From a bacterium UBP13_UBA5359 (GTDB taxonomy: Bacteria > UBP13 > UBA5359), in NCBI GenBank assembly GCA_002410925.1, contig DHPR01000015.1:1-64000 (forward strand): a stretch of DNA of 64,000 bases. The letters are read 5' to 3'. The translations under genes and the position numbers were made by a program. Below are positions 37,204 to 47,098 of this stretch, one piece after another; positions within the stretch are counted from its first letter, which is position 1, and each line of letters starts with the position of its first letter. A model generated the notes under the pieces. That model saw only the letters and a list, made by a program, of their open reading frames with translations, ran no database searches and had not been told where the DNA came from.

Positions 37204-37563
37204 ATGAAACCCCTGCAGCAGATAGTAATTTCGGTTTTACTTGGAGCCTTGGGGCAGGTCTTTATCAAGTCGGGTGTAATGAGGGCTGATGTGGCATCGA
37301 ATAGCCTGGTGACCACCAGATTGATAAAAATATTCATGATGCCCTATGTGTGGGTAGGTCTTGGCCTATATATTGTAAGCACTCTTATTTGGTTGCTGGT
37401 ACTCTCCAGGGTTGAGCTGAGCTTTGCTTATCCGCTGATATCGTTGAGTTATGTGGCGGTGCTGTTGATATCCTGGTTGGTATTCAAGGAACACGTTGGC
37501 ATGGTTCGTTGGGCCGGCGTATGTATAATTTGCCTTGGTGTGGCATTGATAGCCAGAAGCTGA
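37204..37563 (+). CDS. EamA/SMR-type small membrane protein (ArnE/ArnF-like lipid-sugar flippase)
   Basis: 119 aa, 4 TM, with GQ..IK, W..VLSRVELSFAYPLISLSY and FKE. Confidence 0.82.
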   Translation: MKPLQQIVISVLLGALGQVFIKSGVMRADVASNSLVTTRLIKIFMMPYVWVGLGLYIVSTLIWLLVLSRVELSFAYPLISLSYVAVLLISWLVFKEHVGMVRWAGVCIICLGVALIARS

Positions 37564-37599
37564 GGAAGCAAGACTGATTGGGGTTTATGGGAGGAGCAT

Positions 37600-38931
37600 A
37601 TGTATATTGCTGTAGTGGGCACCGGATATGTGGGTATTCCCACCGGCGTATGTCTGGCGGAACTGGGCAATGACGTTATTTGTGTAGATAGGGATCCCCT
37701 TCGGATTGAAAAGCTAAAGAGGGGAAAAATGCCGATATATGAGCCGGGCCTTAAGGAGCTCTTGCTTAAGAATGTTCAGGCAGGGCGTCTCTCCTTTACC
37801 ATTCATCTCGATTCAGCAATTGAAAGCTCCGAGATTATATTCATTGCTGTCGGCACGCCGCAAGCTGATAACGGTGAGGCTGATATGAGCCAGGTTCTCT
37901 CGGTAGCGGCAGATATCGGTCGTAATCTGAAAGGACATAAGGTTGTAATAAATAAGAGCACGGTGCCGGTTGGCTCCGGTGAATTAGTAGGCAGGAGGAT
38001 TCGAGAGCATCAGGTTGATAAAGAGGCATCCTTTGATATTGTTTCCAATCCGGAGTTTCTCAGGGAGGGGAGCGCAGTCAGTGATACCATGAAGCCGGAA
38101 CGCATTATTATAGGCAGCGATAATAACGCTGCTGCAGAAAAGGTCGTGCAACTTTATAAACCCCTTAATGCACCGGTATTGATAACTGATTTACGTACCG
38201 CGGAAATGATTAAGTATGCATCCAACTCCTTTCTTGCCACCAAGATATCCTTTGTAAATGCAATTGCCAATCTATGTGAGCGCATAGGTGCCGATGTTAC
38301 CACAGTAGCTCGCGGCATGGGGTTGGATTCCCGAATAGGCCCGTTATTTCTTAATGCCGGCCTGGGATACGGCGGATCCTGCTTCCCCAAAGATGTTAAA
38401 GCGTTGATTGCAACTGCTGAAAGGAACGGAATAGAATTATCGATATTGCGTGAAGTGGAGAGAATAAATATTTATCAGCGTGAACTCTTTCTCTCCAAGA
38501 TCAGGGAGAAATTGGGGATAGTATCCGGAAAAAGAATAGGTGTACTCGGGCTGGCCTTTAAGCCAAATACCGATGATATGCGCGAGGCTCCTTCCGTGCC
38601 TATTCTAAACGAATTGATTGCTGCCGGCGCTGTTGCTTGTGCCTACGATCCGATGGCGTTTGAAAGTGCTTCAAGTATGATTACAGGTCTGATCCGAGCT
38701 GCCGATCCATATGAAGCTGCTCTTGATGCGGATGTGTTGCTGATTTTGACCGAATGGAACGAATTTCTGGAGCTCGATTTCATCAAACTCAAGGAACGTA
38801 TGCACAAGCCTGTTATTATCGATGGACGAAATATTTATGATATCGAGCGTATGTCCGCTTACGGCTTCGACTATATATCGATGGGCCGGCCCGGAAACCG
38901 GCTGTTGCAAGGCAGCACTGCCGGCGACTGA
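37600..38931 (+). CDS. ugd: UDP-glucose 6-dehydrogenase
   Basis: GTGYVG, IAVGTP, KSTVPVG, SNPEFLREG, KYASN.FLA, GYGGSCFPKD, GLAFKPNTDDMRE, DGRN. Confidence 0.95.
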   Translation: MYIAVVGTGYVGIPTGVCLAELGNDVICVDRDPLRIEKLKRGKMPIYEPGLKELLLKNVQAGRLSFTIHLDSAIESSEIIFIAVGTPQADNGEADMSQVLSVAADIGRNLKGHKVVINKSTVPVGSGELVGRRIREHQVDKEASFDIVSNPEFLREGSAVSDTMKPERIIIGSDNNAAAEKVVQLYKPLNAPVLITDLRTAEMIKYASNSFLATKISFVNAIANLCERIGADVTTVARGMGLDSRIGPLFLNAGLGYGGSCFPKDVKALIATAERNGIELSILREVERINIYQRELFLSKIREKLGIVSGKRIGVLGLAFKPNTDDMREAPSVPILNELIAAGAVACAYDPMAFESASSMITGLIRAADPYEAALDADVLLILTEWNEFLELDFIKLKERMHKPVIIDGRNIYDIERMSAYGFDYISMGRPGNRLLQGSTAGD

Positions 38932-38958
38932 GGATTGGATTAGAGCGTTGAGGTGATT

Positions 38959-39921
38959 ATGAACATACTGATAACCGGAATAGCTGGATTTGTTGGCAGC
39001 CACCTGGCAGAGCTGCTGGTGGAGAACCCGGATAACAGAGTCTACGGCATTTGCCATCCTAATGATGGCTTGGCAAATCTCGAGCATCTCATGAATAGGG
39101 TTGAACTGTTAATAGGAGATATAACGGATAGCCGGATGATGGCCGCTTCTTTTGATAGCATTTTGCCGGAAAGGGTTTATCATCTGGCAGCGCAGAGCTT
39201 TGTACCTCTATCGTTCAAAGATCCGTATTTAACGATGGATGTAAACGTAAAAGGAACGCTGAATATCCTGGAAGCCGCCAGAAAAATGAAAAAAACACCA
39301 TCCTTACTGCTGTGTGGTACCGGTGAGGAATATGGAACGGTCGATCGGCAGGAATTGCCTGTTAGGGAAACAGCCTCTTTCAGACCGGGTAATCCCTATG
39401 CAGTCAGCAAGGTAGCCCAGGATATGCTGGGTTACCAGTATTATCATTCTTACGGTATGAGAATTATCAGAACGCGTGCTTTTAACCATACGGGCCCCAG
39501 ACAGGACGATAGATTTGTTTGTTCAGGTTTTGCTCGTCAGGTAAGCGAGATAGCCGGAGGAAGGAGAGCGCCTCTTATTGAAACCGGCAATCTGGAGGCG
39601 GAGCGCGATTTTACAGATGTCAGAGATGTGGTAAGGGCATATTATCTGCTTCTTGAAAAGGGTGTTTCGGGAGAGGTATATAATGTCTGCAGCGGCAGGG
39701 CTGTCGGCATAAGGCAAATACTTGTCAGGCTTCTGGAATTAGCCGGAGTGAAAGCGGACATTCGGATTGATATGGAACGCTTCAGGCCTGTTGATATGCC
39801 GATTATTTATGGAGATAACGGAAAGTGCAGGGAGCATATCGGTTGGATGCCGGAGATTCCGTTAGATAAAACCCTGGCCGATCTGTTGGCGTACTGGCAT
39901 AGTCATTTACAACGGCTATAA
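38959..39921 (+). CDS. GDP-sugar SDR, most like GDP-4-keto-6-deoxy-D-mannose reductase (Rmd)
   Basis: TGIAGFVGSHL, HLAAQSFV, GEEYG, PYAVSK, RAFNHTGPRQ, GNL...RDFTDVRDVVRAY. Confidence 0.8.
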   Translation: MNILITGIAGFVGSHLAELLVENPDNRVYGICHPNDGLANLEHLMNRVELLIGDITDSRMMAASFDSILPERVYHLAAQSFVPLSFKDPYLTMDVNVKGTLNILEAARKMKKTPSLLLCGTGEEYGTVDRQELPVRETASFRPGNPYAVSKVAQDMLGYQYYHSYGMRIIRTRAFNHTGPRQDDRFVCSGFARQVSEIAGGRRAPLIETGNLEAERDFTDVRDVVRAYYLLLEKGVSGEVYNVCSGRAVGIRQILVRLLELAGVKADIRIDMERFRPVDMPIIYGDNGKCREHIGWMPEIPLDKTLADLLAYWHSHLQRL

Positions 39922-39938
39922 AAGCAGACCTGGAAGCG

Positions 39939-41813
39939 CTATTCAAGAATATGAAAGAGCGCCGCTGAGCCGTATAGACAGGCCGGCTTCAGCTTGCCGC
40001 TGTTGATTCCACTATCAAGCCATTCTATTTCTGCTACCGGTGTTCCCGTTACCATTATCCATTTGATATCCTTTTTTATAAGATAATCGGTATCCGGCAG
40101 AGATCTAATGCCCTGCACAAGCAGCCAGTCGGTCATCCAGATGAATTCATTTTTGAAAAAATAGCCCCTGTTCTCATTGATAGCAAGAATTCTCTCTTTC
40201 GGCCGGGCGTGTGCATTGGCATAAGAAGCTATGCGGTAGATATCCAGACAGTTGTAATAGCTCTCCTCATCAATCAACCCCAGACCGATCTTCGCCTTAT
40301 CCAAACGAGCCAGTTGCGCACGCTCACGTGAATAGCGTCCGGGATAAAAGAAGGAGGTTGTCAAAGCCAGAAGGAGCATAACGCCCGCTATTGTTTTTAG
40401 CGATACTCTCTTTAATAAAGTGGATGCCGCCAATCCCGCTGCTAATGAAAAAACTGCCAGAGCAGGAAGTGCAAAGCGCATTTGCGGTCCGCTGAAGTAC
40501 CATATAACAGTGAAGAGCAGAGCAAAAAGAAGCATTCTATTAACCGACGAGAGCCTTGCTTGACGCAGGATAAAGTATGCGGGTAGAAAGGCCGGTAGAA
40601 CCGGACCGATAGCGGCATCGAATTGGCGGCTGGCAAAGAGAGCGTTAAATGGAAGGAGTAGAAAGCCGGCTAAAGTTCTGGATGCCTGGGAAAATCCGGT
40701 AAAAGTATTTCGGAATGCTTCAGCCTCTCGGGCAATAAAAGGATTAGGAATCATGGATGAGAGATATGGCCATAACGGTGTCCCTGTTAAAAAGTAGCTT
40801 CGCGCCATCCATGGAAGGGCAAGCAGTACCGCCGGCATGGAAAAGGAGAGCAAGGAGATGATTTCGGCATCTGTTCTATGACGAAGCCACTTGAAGAGTA
40901 AAAAGAGGAAGATCAGTGCGGGAAATATTCCGGCGCTATATTTTACTGCTACACAGAAGCCGGACAGTAACCCACAGAGTAACCAATCACCCGCAGATAC
41001 CTCTTTATTAGCTGAGATAATCGGCAGCAATGACAGAAAGGCGAAAGCGCCGGCAATCAGGTCTATATATGCCAGAGAGGAAAGCCAGGTTACAACTGGC
41101 ATATTATAGAAGAAAGATGCGCCTATAACTCCCGCACCCGGCTTGCCCGCTCTTATGGCAAAGGCAATTATGGCAGCCGCCAGCAGAAGCCCAAAATAAA
41201 AATGAATAAGATTGGACACTTTGTCGCTGCTCAGAGCCATACCGGCAGAAAAGAGTAGCTCTGCGCCTTCAGGCATATAGGAATGAGGCATATAGCTATA
41301 CGATATCATGTGGCCGTGAGTGAGGTAATCTCTGGCCAGAGGGAGATGATAGGATAGTTCATCCCAGTAAAGTGATGGCGACAAAGCAGCCAGAAAATTC
41401 AAGGCTATAGCCATGATAAGGAAAAGTGCCGCGCAGCCCACAAATATGGAATACTGATTGCAGTGCAGAGATGGCAAATCATAGCCGTCAATTTTGAATA
41501 GTAGCTCTCTGCAGCGGGAACCGTTCTTTATATCTGCGGGTTTATGCTTCCGTATCTCTATGATCCTTCGTGCGACCAGAAGAAAGGTTAGCACAAGGAG
41601 AATGAGTATGATTGTGCGAATGGCGCCGGCTGTCAAGATCCCTGCATAGCTCATTCCCAGAAGGATATAGATTAATACGCCGAAACCGACGGCCGATGAA
41701 TAAACAACTGTGGCCAAATCCGGCATCTTTTTCCCAAGAAGCTGTTCGGTTATAAGAAACCCGGGTCCGAAGGAAGCGATAATTAAAGCTGCGAATGCCG
41801 CTATATCGTACAA
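39939..41813 (-). CDS. GT-C fold (ArnT/PMT-like) lipid-carrier-dependent glycosyltransferase
   Basis: Many TM segments, P...WDELSYHLP loop, AYIDL, VKYSA, PW..R.Y..TG.P.WP, Q.RFALP. Start set to TTG 41813 after AAGGAGG. Confidence 0.8.
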   Translation of the reverse strand: MYDIAAFAALIIASFGPGFLITEQLLGKKMPDLATVVYSSAVGFGVLIYILLGMSYAGILTAGAIRTIILILLVLTFLLVARRIIEIRKHKPADIKNGSRCRELLFKIDGYDLPSLHCNQYSIFVGCAALFLIMAIALNFLAALSPSLYWDELSYHLPLARDYLTHGHMISYSYMPHSYMPEGAELLFSAGMALSSDKVSNLIHFYFGLLLAAAIIAFAIRAGKPGAGVIGASFFYNMPVVTWLSSLAYIDLIAGAFAFLSLLPIISANKEVSAGDWLLCGLLSGFCVAVKYSAGIFPALIFLFLLFKWLRHRTDAEIISLLSFSMPAVLLALPWMARSYFLTGTPLWPYLSSMIPNPFIAREAEAFRNTFTGFSQASRTLAGFLLLPFNALFASRQFDAAIGPVLPAFLPAYFILRQARLSSVNRMLLFALLFTVIWYFSGPQMRFALPALAVFSLAAGLAASTLLKRVSLKTIAGVMLLLALTTSFFYPGRYSRERAQLARLDKAKIGLGLIDEESYYNCLDIYRIASYANAHARPKERILAINENRGYFFKNEFIWMTDWLLVQGIRSLPDTDYLIKKDIKWIMVTGTPVAEIEWLDSGINSGKLKPACLYGSAALFHILE

Positions 41814-41926
41814 AGTGGCCTCCTTTTGCCTTTCCTGGAATGGTTGTGGTCTGCCACTAAGTGTGATAGAGTAACCATGATAATTGAAGTATAGCTTTCG
41901 CATGATTATTTTACAAGGGGAGCGAC

Positions 41927-42637
41927 GTGCTGATAACCGTAGTTATGCCTGTATATAACGAGGTTCAGACCATTGAGGAGATTCTTGAACTCGTAACCGC
42001 CAACCCTTTAAAGAAGGAGGTTATCATTATCGATGACGGATCAACCGATGGAACGGTAGATCTTTTACGCGATCTTCTGAACGCTCGCGATAAGAAGTAT
42101 TTCAAGCCCTGGATTGATGATATACGGCTTATCGAGCATCCTCTTAATTGCGGTAAGGGCGCGGCTGTAAGAAGCGGCCTGGAAGTAGCTCGTGGCAATG
42201 TAATCATTGTGCAGGATGCCGATTTAGAGTATGATCCTGATGATTATTCAAAGCTTTTGCAGCCCATTCTTTCCGGCAGGAGCGAAGTTGTTTACGGCTC
42301 ACGCTTTTTAGGTGAGCATAAGGCTATGTTCTACTGGCATCAGGTTGGAAATAAGTTCCTCACTTTTGTTACCAATATTCTTTACAACACCACTCTTACG
42401 GATATGGAAACCTGCTATAAATGTTTTACAAAAGAGGCGATCAAAGGCATGCGGTTACGCTCTAATCGTTTTGAGATAGAGCCGGAGTTGACTGCCAGAT
42501 TGCTGAAGCGCGGATATCGCATATATGAGGTTCCTATATCATATAATGGCAGAGAATACTGGCAGGGAAAGAAGATAACCTGGAAAGACGGCTTATCAGC
42601 GTTAAAAGCTCTGATATATTATAGAATATTCGATTAA
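41927..42637 (+). CDS. GT2 polyprenol-phosphate glycosyltransferase (DPM1/GtrB-like)
   Basis: VVMPVYNE, IDDGSTDGT, N.GKGAA, QDADLEYDP, VYGSRF, DMETCYK, F.IEPE. Confidence 0.9.
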   Translation: MLITVVMPVYNEVQTIEEILELVTANPLKKEVIIIDDGSTDGTVDLLRDLLNARDKKYFKPWIDDIRLIEHPLNCGKGAAVRSGLEVARGNVIIVQDADLEYDPDDYSKLLQPILSGRSEVVYGSRFLGEHKAMFYWHQVGNKFLTFVTNILYNTTLTDMETCYKCFTKEAIKGMRLRSNRFEIEPELTARLLKRGYRIYEVPISYNGREYWQGKKITWKDGLSALKALIYYRIFD

Positions 42638-42646
42638 GAGAGAAAT

Positions 42647-43780
42647 ATGCATATACTCTTCAATGCCCTGGCGCTGCCTGCCTGCAAAACCGGCGGTGGT
42701 GTATACATGATTAATCTGATACGTGCCATAAGCCGTATGGAGAACGGCAGCCATATAAGCGTGCTTGTCAATAGAGATAATAAATACCATTTTCAAAATA
42801 TTGAAAATTGCCATGTATCATTGATAGATTGCGGCCCGGCCACCATATCCAGACCGACAAGAATAATATGGGAGCAGATGGTTCTGCCAAGCCTTATAAG
42901 ACGATTGAAGGCCGATATATTTCACGCCCCCGGTTTTGTGCTGCCTTTGGCCGCTACGGTTCCTTCAGTACTAACTATCTTCGATATGACCTTTTTCAGT
43001 CACTCCGATAAACATGAATTCATGAAGCAGGTATACTTCAAGCATTTTATACCGCCTTCCGCTAAAAAGGCCGACGTTGTCATTACCATCTCTCATAGCG
43101 CTGCTGCCGAAATAGAGCGTTATTTGGACATAGATGGGCGGAAGATAAGGGTTACTCACCTGGCCGCTGACAGCGTTTTTCATTCGCGTGCTCCAGAAGC
43201 TGTAAAAGAGACATTGCGTCTGCTTGGTATACCCGACAGATATATTCTATCTGTTGGTACGCTCGAACCCAGAAAGAATATACCCCTGCTTCTATCGGCA
43301 TATGCCGAGCTGCCTGATGATTTGCGCTCATCATATCCTTTGGTTTTAGTGGGTAAGGAAGGGTGGGGGCATGAAAATCTGCAGCATATAGCCGGAACGC
43401 TGGGCATCAGCAGGCATTTATTCTTTACAGGCTACCTCACGGATAATCAACTGGCCGATCTCTATGCGGCCGCTGCTCTCTTTGTCTATCCCTCTCTTTA
43501 TGAAGGCTTCGGCTTACCTGTGCTGGAGGCGATGGCCAGCGGTGCACCCGTGTTGACATCTTCTGTTTCATCCATGCCTGAAGTTGCCGGCGACGCCGCT
43601 CTTTTAGCGGACCCGCATGATCAGGCTTCAATAGCAAGAGGGATGGCCGCCATACTGACCGATTCCTCTTTGGCCGAAAGAATGGTTGTCCGTGGATTTG
43701 AACGTGCTTTACAATTCTCCTGGGAGAAGACGGCGGCAGAGACCTTTGAGGCTTATGCGCAGGCAATGATTCGAAAATAA
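42647..43780 (+). CDS. GT4 glycosyltransferase
   Basis: VGTLEPRKN, FTGY, PSLYEGFGLPVLEAMASG.PV, FSWEKTA. Confidence 0.92.
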   Translation: MHILFNALALPACKTGGGVYMINLIRAISRMENGSHISVLVNRDNKYHFQNIENCHVSLIDCGPATISRPTRIIWEQMVLPSLIRRLKADIFHAPGFVLPLAATVPSVLTIFDMTFFSHSDKHEFMKQVYFKHFIPPSAKKADVVITISHSAAAEIERYLDIDGRKIRVTHLAADSVFHSRAPEAVKETLRLLGIPDRYILSVGTLEPRKNIPLLLSAYAELPDDLRSSYPLVLVGKEGWGHENLQHIAGTLGISRHLFFTGYLTDNQLADLYAAAALFVYPSLYEGFGLPVLEAMASGAPVLTSSVSSMPEVAGDAALLADPHDQASIARGMAAILTDSSLAERMVVRGFERALQFSWEKTAAETFEAYAQAMIRK

Positions 43781-43808
43781 TAATAGATGCTTCAGGTAAC
43801 GAAAAGTG

Positions 43809-43846
43809 CTTGCATAAATATCCAACAGGCTGTATAATTATACGGT
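43809..43846 (+). promoter_or_regulatory. Sigma-A promoter overlapped by tandem ARG boxes (ArgR operator)
   Basis: -35 TTGCAT (43810-15), 17 bp, -10 TATAAT (43833-38). ARG-box cores TGCATAAATATCCA (43811-24) and TGTATAATTATACG (43831-44) start 20 bp apart. argR is in the downstream operon. Confidence 0.8.
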
Positions 43847-43869
43847 ATTATTCTTAGGAGTTGTGAAAA

Positions 43870-44910
43870 ATGGCTGTAAAAGCAGGTGTTCTGGGGGCTA
43901 CAGGCTACGCTGGAAATGAAGTGGTGAGGCTTCTTTCCGGCCACCCGGATATTGAATTAACCTATCTTTCTTCAGAAACTTATAAAGGCAAGAGTGTCGC
44001 ATCCGTATATCCCTCTTTATCAGGGATATTCGATATGCATTATCAGCCGCTGGATATTCCGGCCATCGCTGAAGCATGCGATCTTGTTTTCATAGCTATG
44101 CCTAATGGAGAAGCTATGAAGATGGTGCCGCATTTTCTATCAGCCGGCATCAAGGTAGTGGATCTGGGAGCGGATTTCCGTTTTAAGGATCATGCCTTAT
44201 ACGAGGAGTGGTACGGCATCAAGCATCTCAGTCCTGCCCTCTGCAAACAGGCTGTCTACGGCTTGACGGAGATCAACAGAGGGCAACTTGTCGGCACATC
44301 TTTGACTGCTAATCCGGGATGTTATCCTACCAGCGTTTTGTTGCCGGTAATTGCATTGGTCAGGCTGGGATTGATCGATCCTGCCGGATTAGTGATCGAT
44401 GCCAAATCCGGAGTATCCGGTGGCGGGCGCACTCTTAATCTGGCCAGGCATTATTGTGAAGCTAATGATTCTATCTCTGCCTACAAGGTGGGAGCGCACA
44501 GGCATACGCCCGAGATAGAAGCTAATATTCTAGAGGCTGCCGGGTGTGAGTGCACGATCACTTTTACGCCGCATCTGGCGCCTATGACCCGCGGTATCCT
44601 CAGTACCATATATGCCGAAACCGAGGCTAAGAGTGAAGACGAGGTGCTGAGTGCCCTGGCGAATTTTTATAAGGAATCTCGTTTTATACGTCTGCGTTCT
44701 GCCGGGGATTACCCGTCGACCGGGAGCGTTTGTGGCTCCAATTACTGTGATATAGGCGTCAAGGTAGATAGGCGTACCGGGCGTATGATTATTCTTTCCG
44801 TAATTGATAACCTGGTTAAAGGGGCGGCAGGGCAGGCTGTTCAGAATATGAATTTGATGCTGGGATTGCCGGAGAATACGGGTCTGGCAATTGCTCCGCT
44901 TTATCCGTAG
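43870..44910 (+). CDS. argC: N-acetyl-gamma-glutamyl-phosphate reductase
   Basis: GATGYAG, DLGADFR, ANPGCYPT, DAKSGVSGGG, HRHTPEI, DNLVKGAAGQA. Confidence 0.97.
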   Translation: MAVKAGVLGATGYAGNEVVRLLSGHPDIELTYLSSETYKGKSVASVYPSLSGIFDMHYQPLDIPAIAEACDLVFIAMPNGEAMKMVPHFLSAGIKVVDLGADFRFKDHALYEEWYGIKHLSPALCKQAVYGLTEINRGQLVGTSLTANPGCYPTSVLLPVIALVRLGLIDPAGLVIDAKSGVSGGGRTLNLARHYCEANDSISAYKVGAHRHTPEIEANILEAAGCECTITFTPHLAPMTRGILSTIYAETEAKSEDEVLSALANFYKESRFIRLRSAGDYPSTGSVCGSNYCDIGVKVDRRTGRMIILSVIDNLVKGAAGQAVQNMNLMLGLPENTGLAIAPLYP

Positions 44911-44925
44911 TGGATGGAGGAAATG

Positions 44926-46134
44926 ATGAAGCATAACCATGAGATAATTGAGGGCGGTATTACCGCCCCGGCCGGATTTACGGCTGCCGGCGTGCATTGC
45001 GGCATAAAAAGGCGGCGCAATGATATAGCTTTGATCTGTTCCGATAAAATTGCCGCTTGCGCAGGACTATTTACTACGAATCAGGTTAAAGGGGAACCTC
45101 TGGTTCTTAGTATACCCAGGATACGCTCCGGGCGGTTGCAGGCTATAGTGGCCAACAGCGGCAATGCCAATGTATGCACCGGGACACAGGGATTGAAAGA
45201 TGCCGAAGAGATGGGCAATCTGGTAGCCGAGGGGCTTGAGCTTGCACCTGAACTGGTGGCTGTAGCTTCCACCGGCATTATCGGAATGCCCTTGCCGATG
45301 GATAAAGTGCGTATCGGTATCAGAAAGGCATTGCCGGCGCTTAGTCGCAATGGCGGAGATGCCGCTGCCGAAGCGATCATGACCACCGATACTCGAATCA
45401 AGAAGATCGCCGTAAATGTTAGCATCGGGGAGAGAAGCTTCCGGATAGGGGGGATCGCCAAAGGCTCAGGGATGATTCATCCCAATATGGCTACCATGTT
45501 TGCTTTTATCACTACCGATGCAGGTCTGGAAGCCGGTTTGCTGCAGGAAACACTGACAGCAGCGGTCGATCTCTCCTTTAATATGATCACTGTGGACGGG
45601 GATACCAGTACCAGCGATACGGTTATCTGCATGGCTAACGGCTGCTCCGGAGTGAAAGTAATTTCGGGCAGCGAGGAGTATAAAGCCTTCAAGGCAGCAC
45701 TTGATCGGGTTTGCACTTATCTAGCCACAGAGATAGCTCGTGACGGAGAGGGTGCATCGCATCTGTTGGAGGTTCAGGTCACCGGCGCTGCCGTTTATGG
45801 TGATGCGAGGAAGATTGCCTTTGCCGTAGCCTCATCCAACCTGGTCAAAACGGCCATATTCGGCCGTGACCCTAACTGGGGAAGGATCATCTGTGCCGTC
45901 GGCTATGCCGGGCCTGCTGTGAAGCCTGAAAGAGTATGCATTGATATCGGCGGAATAAAATTAGCCGAAGACGGTGCTTATATCGATTATGATGAAAAAG
46001 CGGTTGCAGGTATCTTATCCCAAGAAGAGATAAAACTGAATATCGATCTGGGTATGGGCAAGGCATCGGCTACCGTCTGGACCTGCGATCTTACCTATGA
46101 TTATGTAAAGATAAATGCCAGATACCATACTTGA
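44926..46134 (+). CDS. argJ: Ornithine acetyltransferase / N-acetylglutamate synthase
   Basis: NSGNAN, STGIIG, IMTTDT, KGSGMIHPNMATM, DGDTST.D, DGEGA, DPNWGRI, TCDLTYDYVKINA. Alternative starts at 44914 and 44923. Confidence 0.97.
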   Translation: MKHNHEIIEGGITAPAGFTAAGVHCGIKRRRNDIALICSDKIAACAGLFTTNQVKGEPLVLSIPRIRSGRLQAIVANSGNANVCTGTQGLKDAEEMGNLVAEGLELAPELVAVASTGIIGMPLPMDKVRIGIRKALPALSRNGGDAAAEAIMTTDTRIKKIAVNVSIGERSFRIGGIAKGSGMIHPNMATMFAFITTDAGLEAGLLQETLTAAVDLSFNMITVDGDTSTSDTVICMANGCSGVKVISGSEEYKAFKAALDRVCTYLATEIARDGEGASHLLEVQVTGAAVYGDARKIAFAVASSNLVKTAIFGRDPNWGRIICAVGYAGPAVKPERVCIDIGGIKLAEDGAYIDYDEKAVAGILSQEEIKLNIDLGMGKASATVWTCDLTYDYVKINARYHT

Positions 46135-46201
46135 ACCGCCGGATCAAAATTAGAGCATAGGGATATTTTCGATTTACAGAGCTCTTATTCAGGAGGACGA
46201 G

Positions 46202-47098
46202 ATGCAACGATTGGCTGAACGAGCCGGGATTCTTATAGAGGCGCTGCCTTATATCAAGCGCTATTTCGGTCGCACCATGATCATCAAATACGGTGGCAAT
46301 GCCATGGTTAGCGAAGAGCTTAAGCAGGCCGTTATTGAAGATATTATTCTGATGCGCTATGTAGGGATGAACCCCATTCTTGTACATGGCGGAGGGCCGG
46401 AGATCTCCAATACCATGAAGAAGATGGGTAAGGAAGCAGAGTTTGCCGGCGGTCTTAGAGTAACAGACAAGGCTACTATGGAGATAGCTCAAATGGTCCT
46501 TGTCGGTAAGATCAATACAGAGATAGTCTCCCTGATAAATAAGCATGGCGGGCAGGCTGTAGGATTGAGCGGCAAGGATGGTAATCTGATTCAGGCTTGC
46601 AAGGTTCCGCCTTACCGAAACGGCGATCTTTCGGTAGACATGGGCTATGTTGGAGAGGTGACGAAGGTCGATCCATCGATTCTCGTAACGCTGACAGAGC
46701 AGGGCTACATACCGGTCATCTCTCCGGTAGGCATAGGTAGTGAGGGTGAGAGTCTCAATATCAATGCCGATCACGCAGCCGGAGCCGTAGCTGCGGCACT
46801 AAGCGCAGCCAAGCTCATTCTGCTGACGGATATAGAAGGCATAATGAGGGACAAGAAGGATAGCTCTACGCTGGTATCGACACTGAATATAGCCGCCGCC
46901 AGGAAGGCCGTCACCGAAGGCATGGTTGATAAAGGCATGATACCGAAGGTGGAAGCCTGCATCACGGCTTTGGAAGCAGGTGTGGAACGCACTCATATTA
47001 TTGACGGCCGGATACAGCATTCACTATTGATGGAGATATTTACCGATCGGGGCATCGGAACCATGATCACGGAAGAGGGTGTGGAGATTGCAGGGTAA
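46202..47098 (+). CDS. argB: Acetylglutamate kinase
   Basis: EALPYI, KYGGNAM, VHGGGPEI, GLRVTD, NINAD, GMIPKV, IIDGR. Confidence 0.97.
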   Translation: MQRLAERAGILIEALPYIKRYFGRTMIIKYGGNAMVSEELKQAVIEDIILMRYVGMNPILVHGGGPEISNTMKKMGKEAEFAGGLRVTDKATMEIAQMVLVGKINTEIVSLINKHGGQAVGLSGKDGNLIQACKVPPYRNGDLSVDMGYVGEVTKVDPSILVTLTEQGYIPVISPVGIGSEGESLNINADHAAGAVAAALSAAKLILLTDIEGIMRDKKDSSTLVSTLNIAAARKAVTEGMVDKGMIPKVEACITALEAGVERTHIIDGRIQHSLLMEIFTDRGIGTMITEEGVEIAG

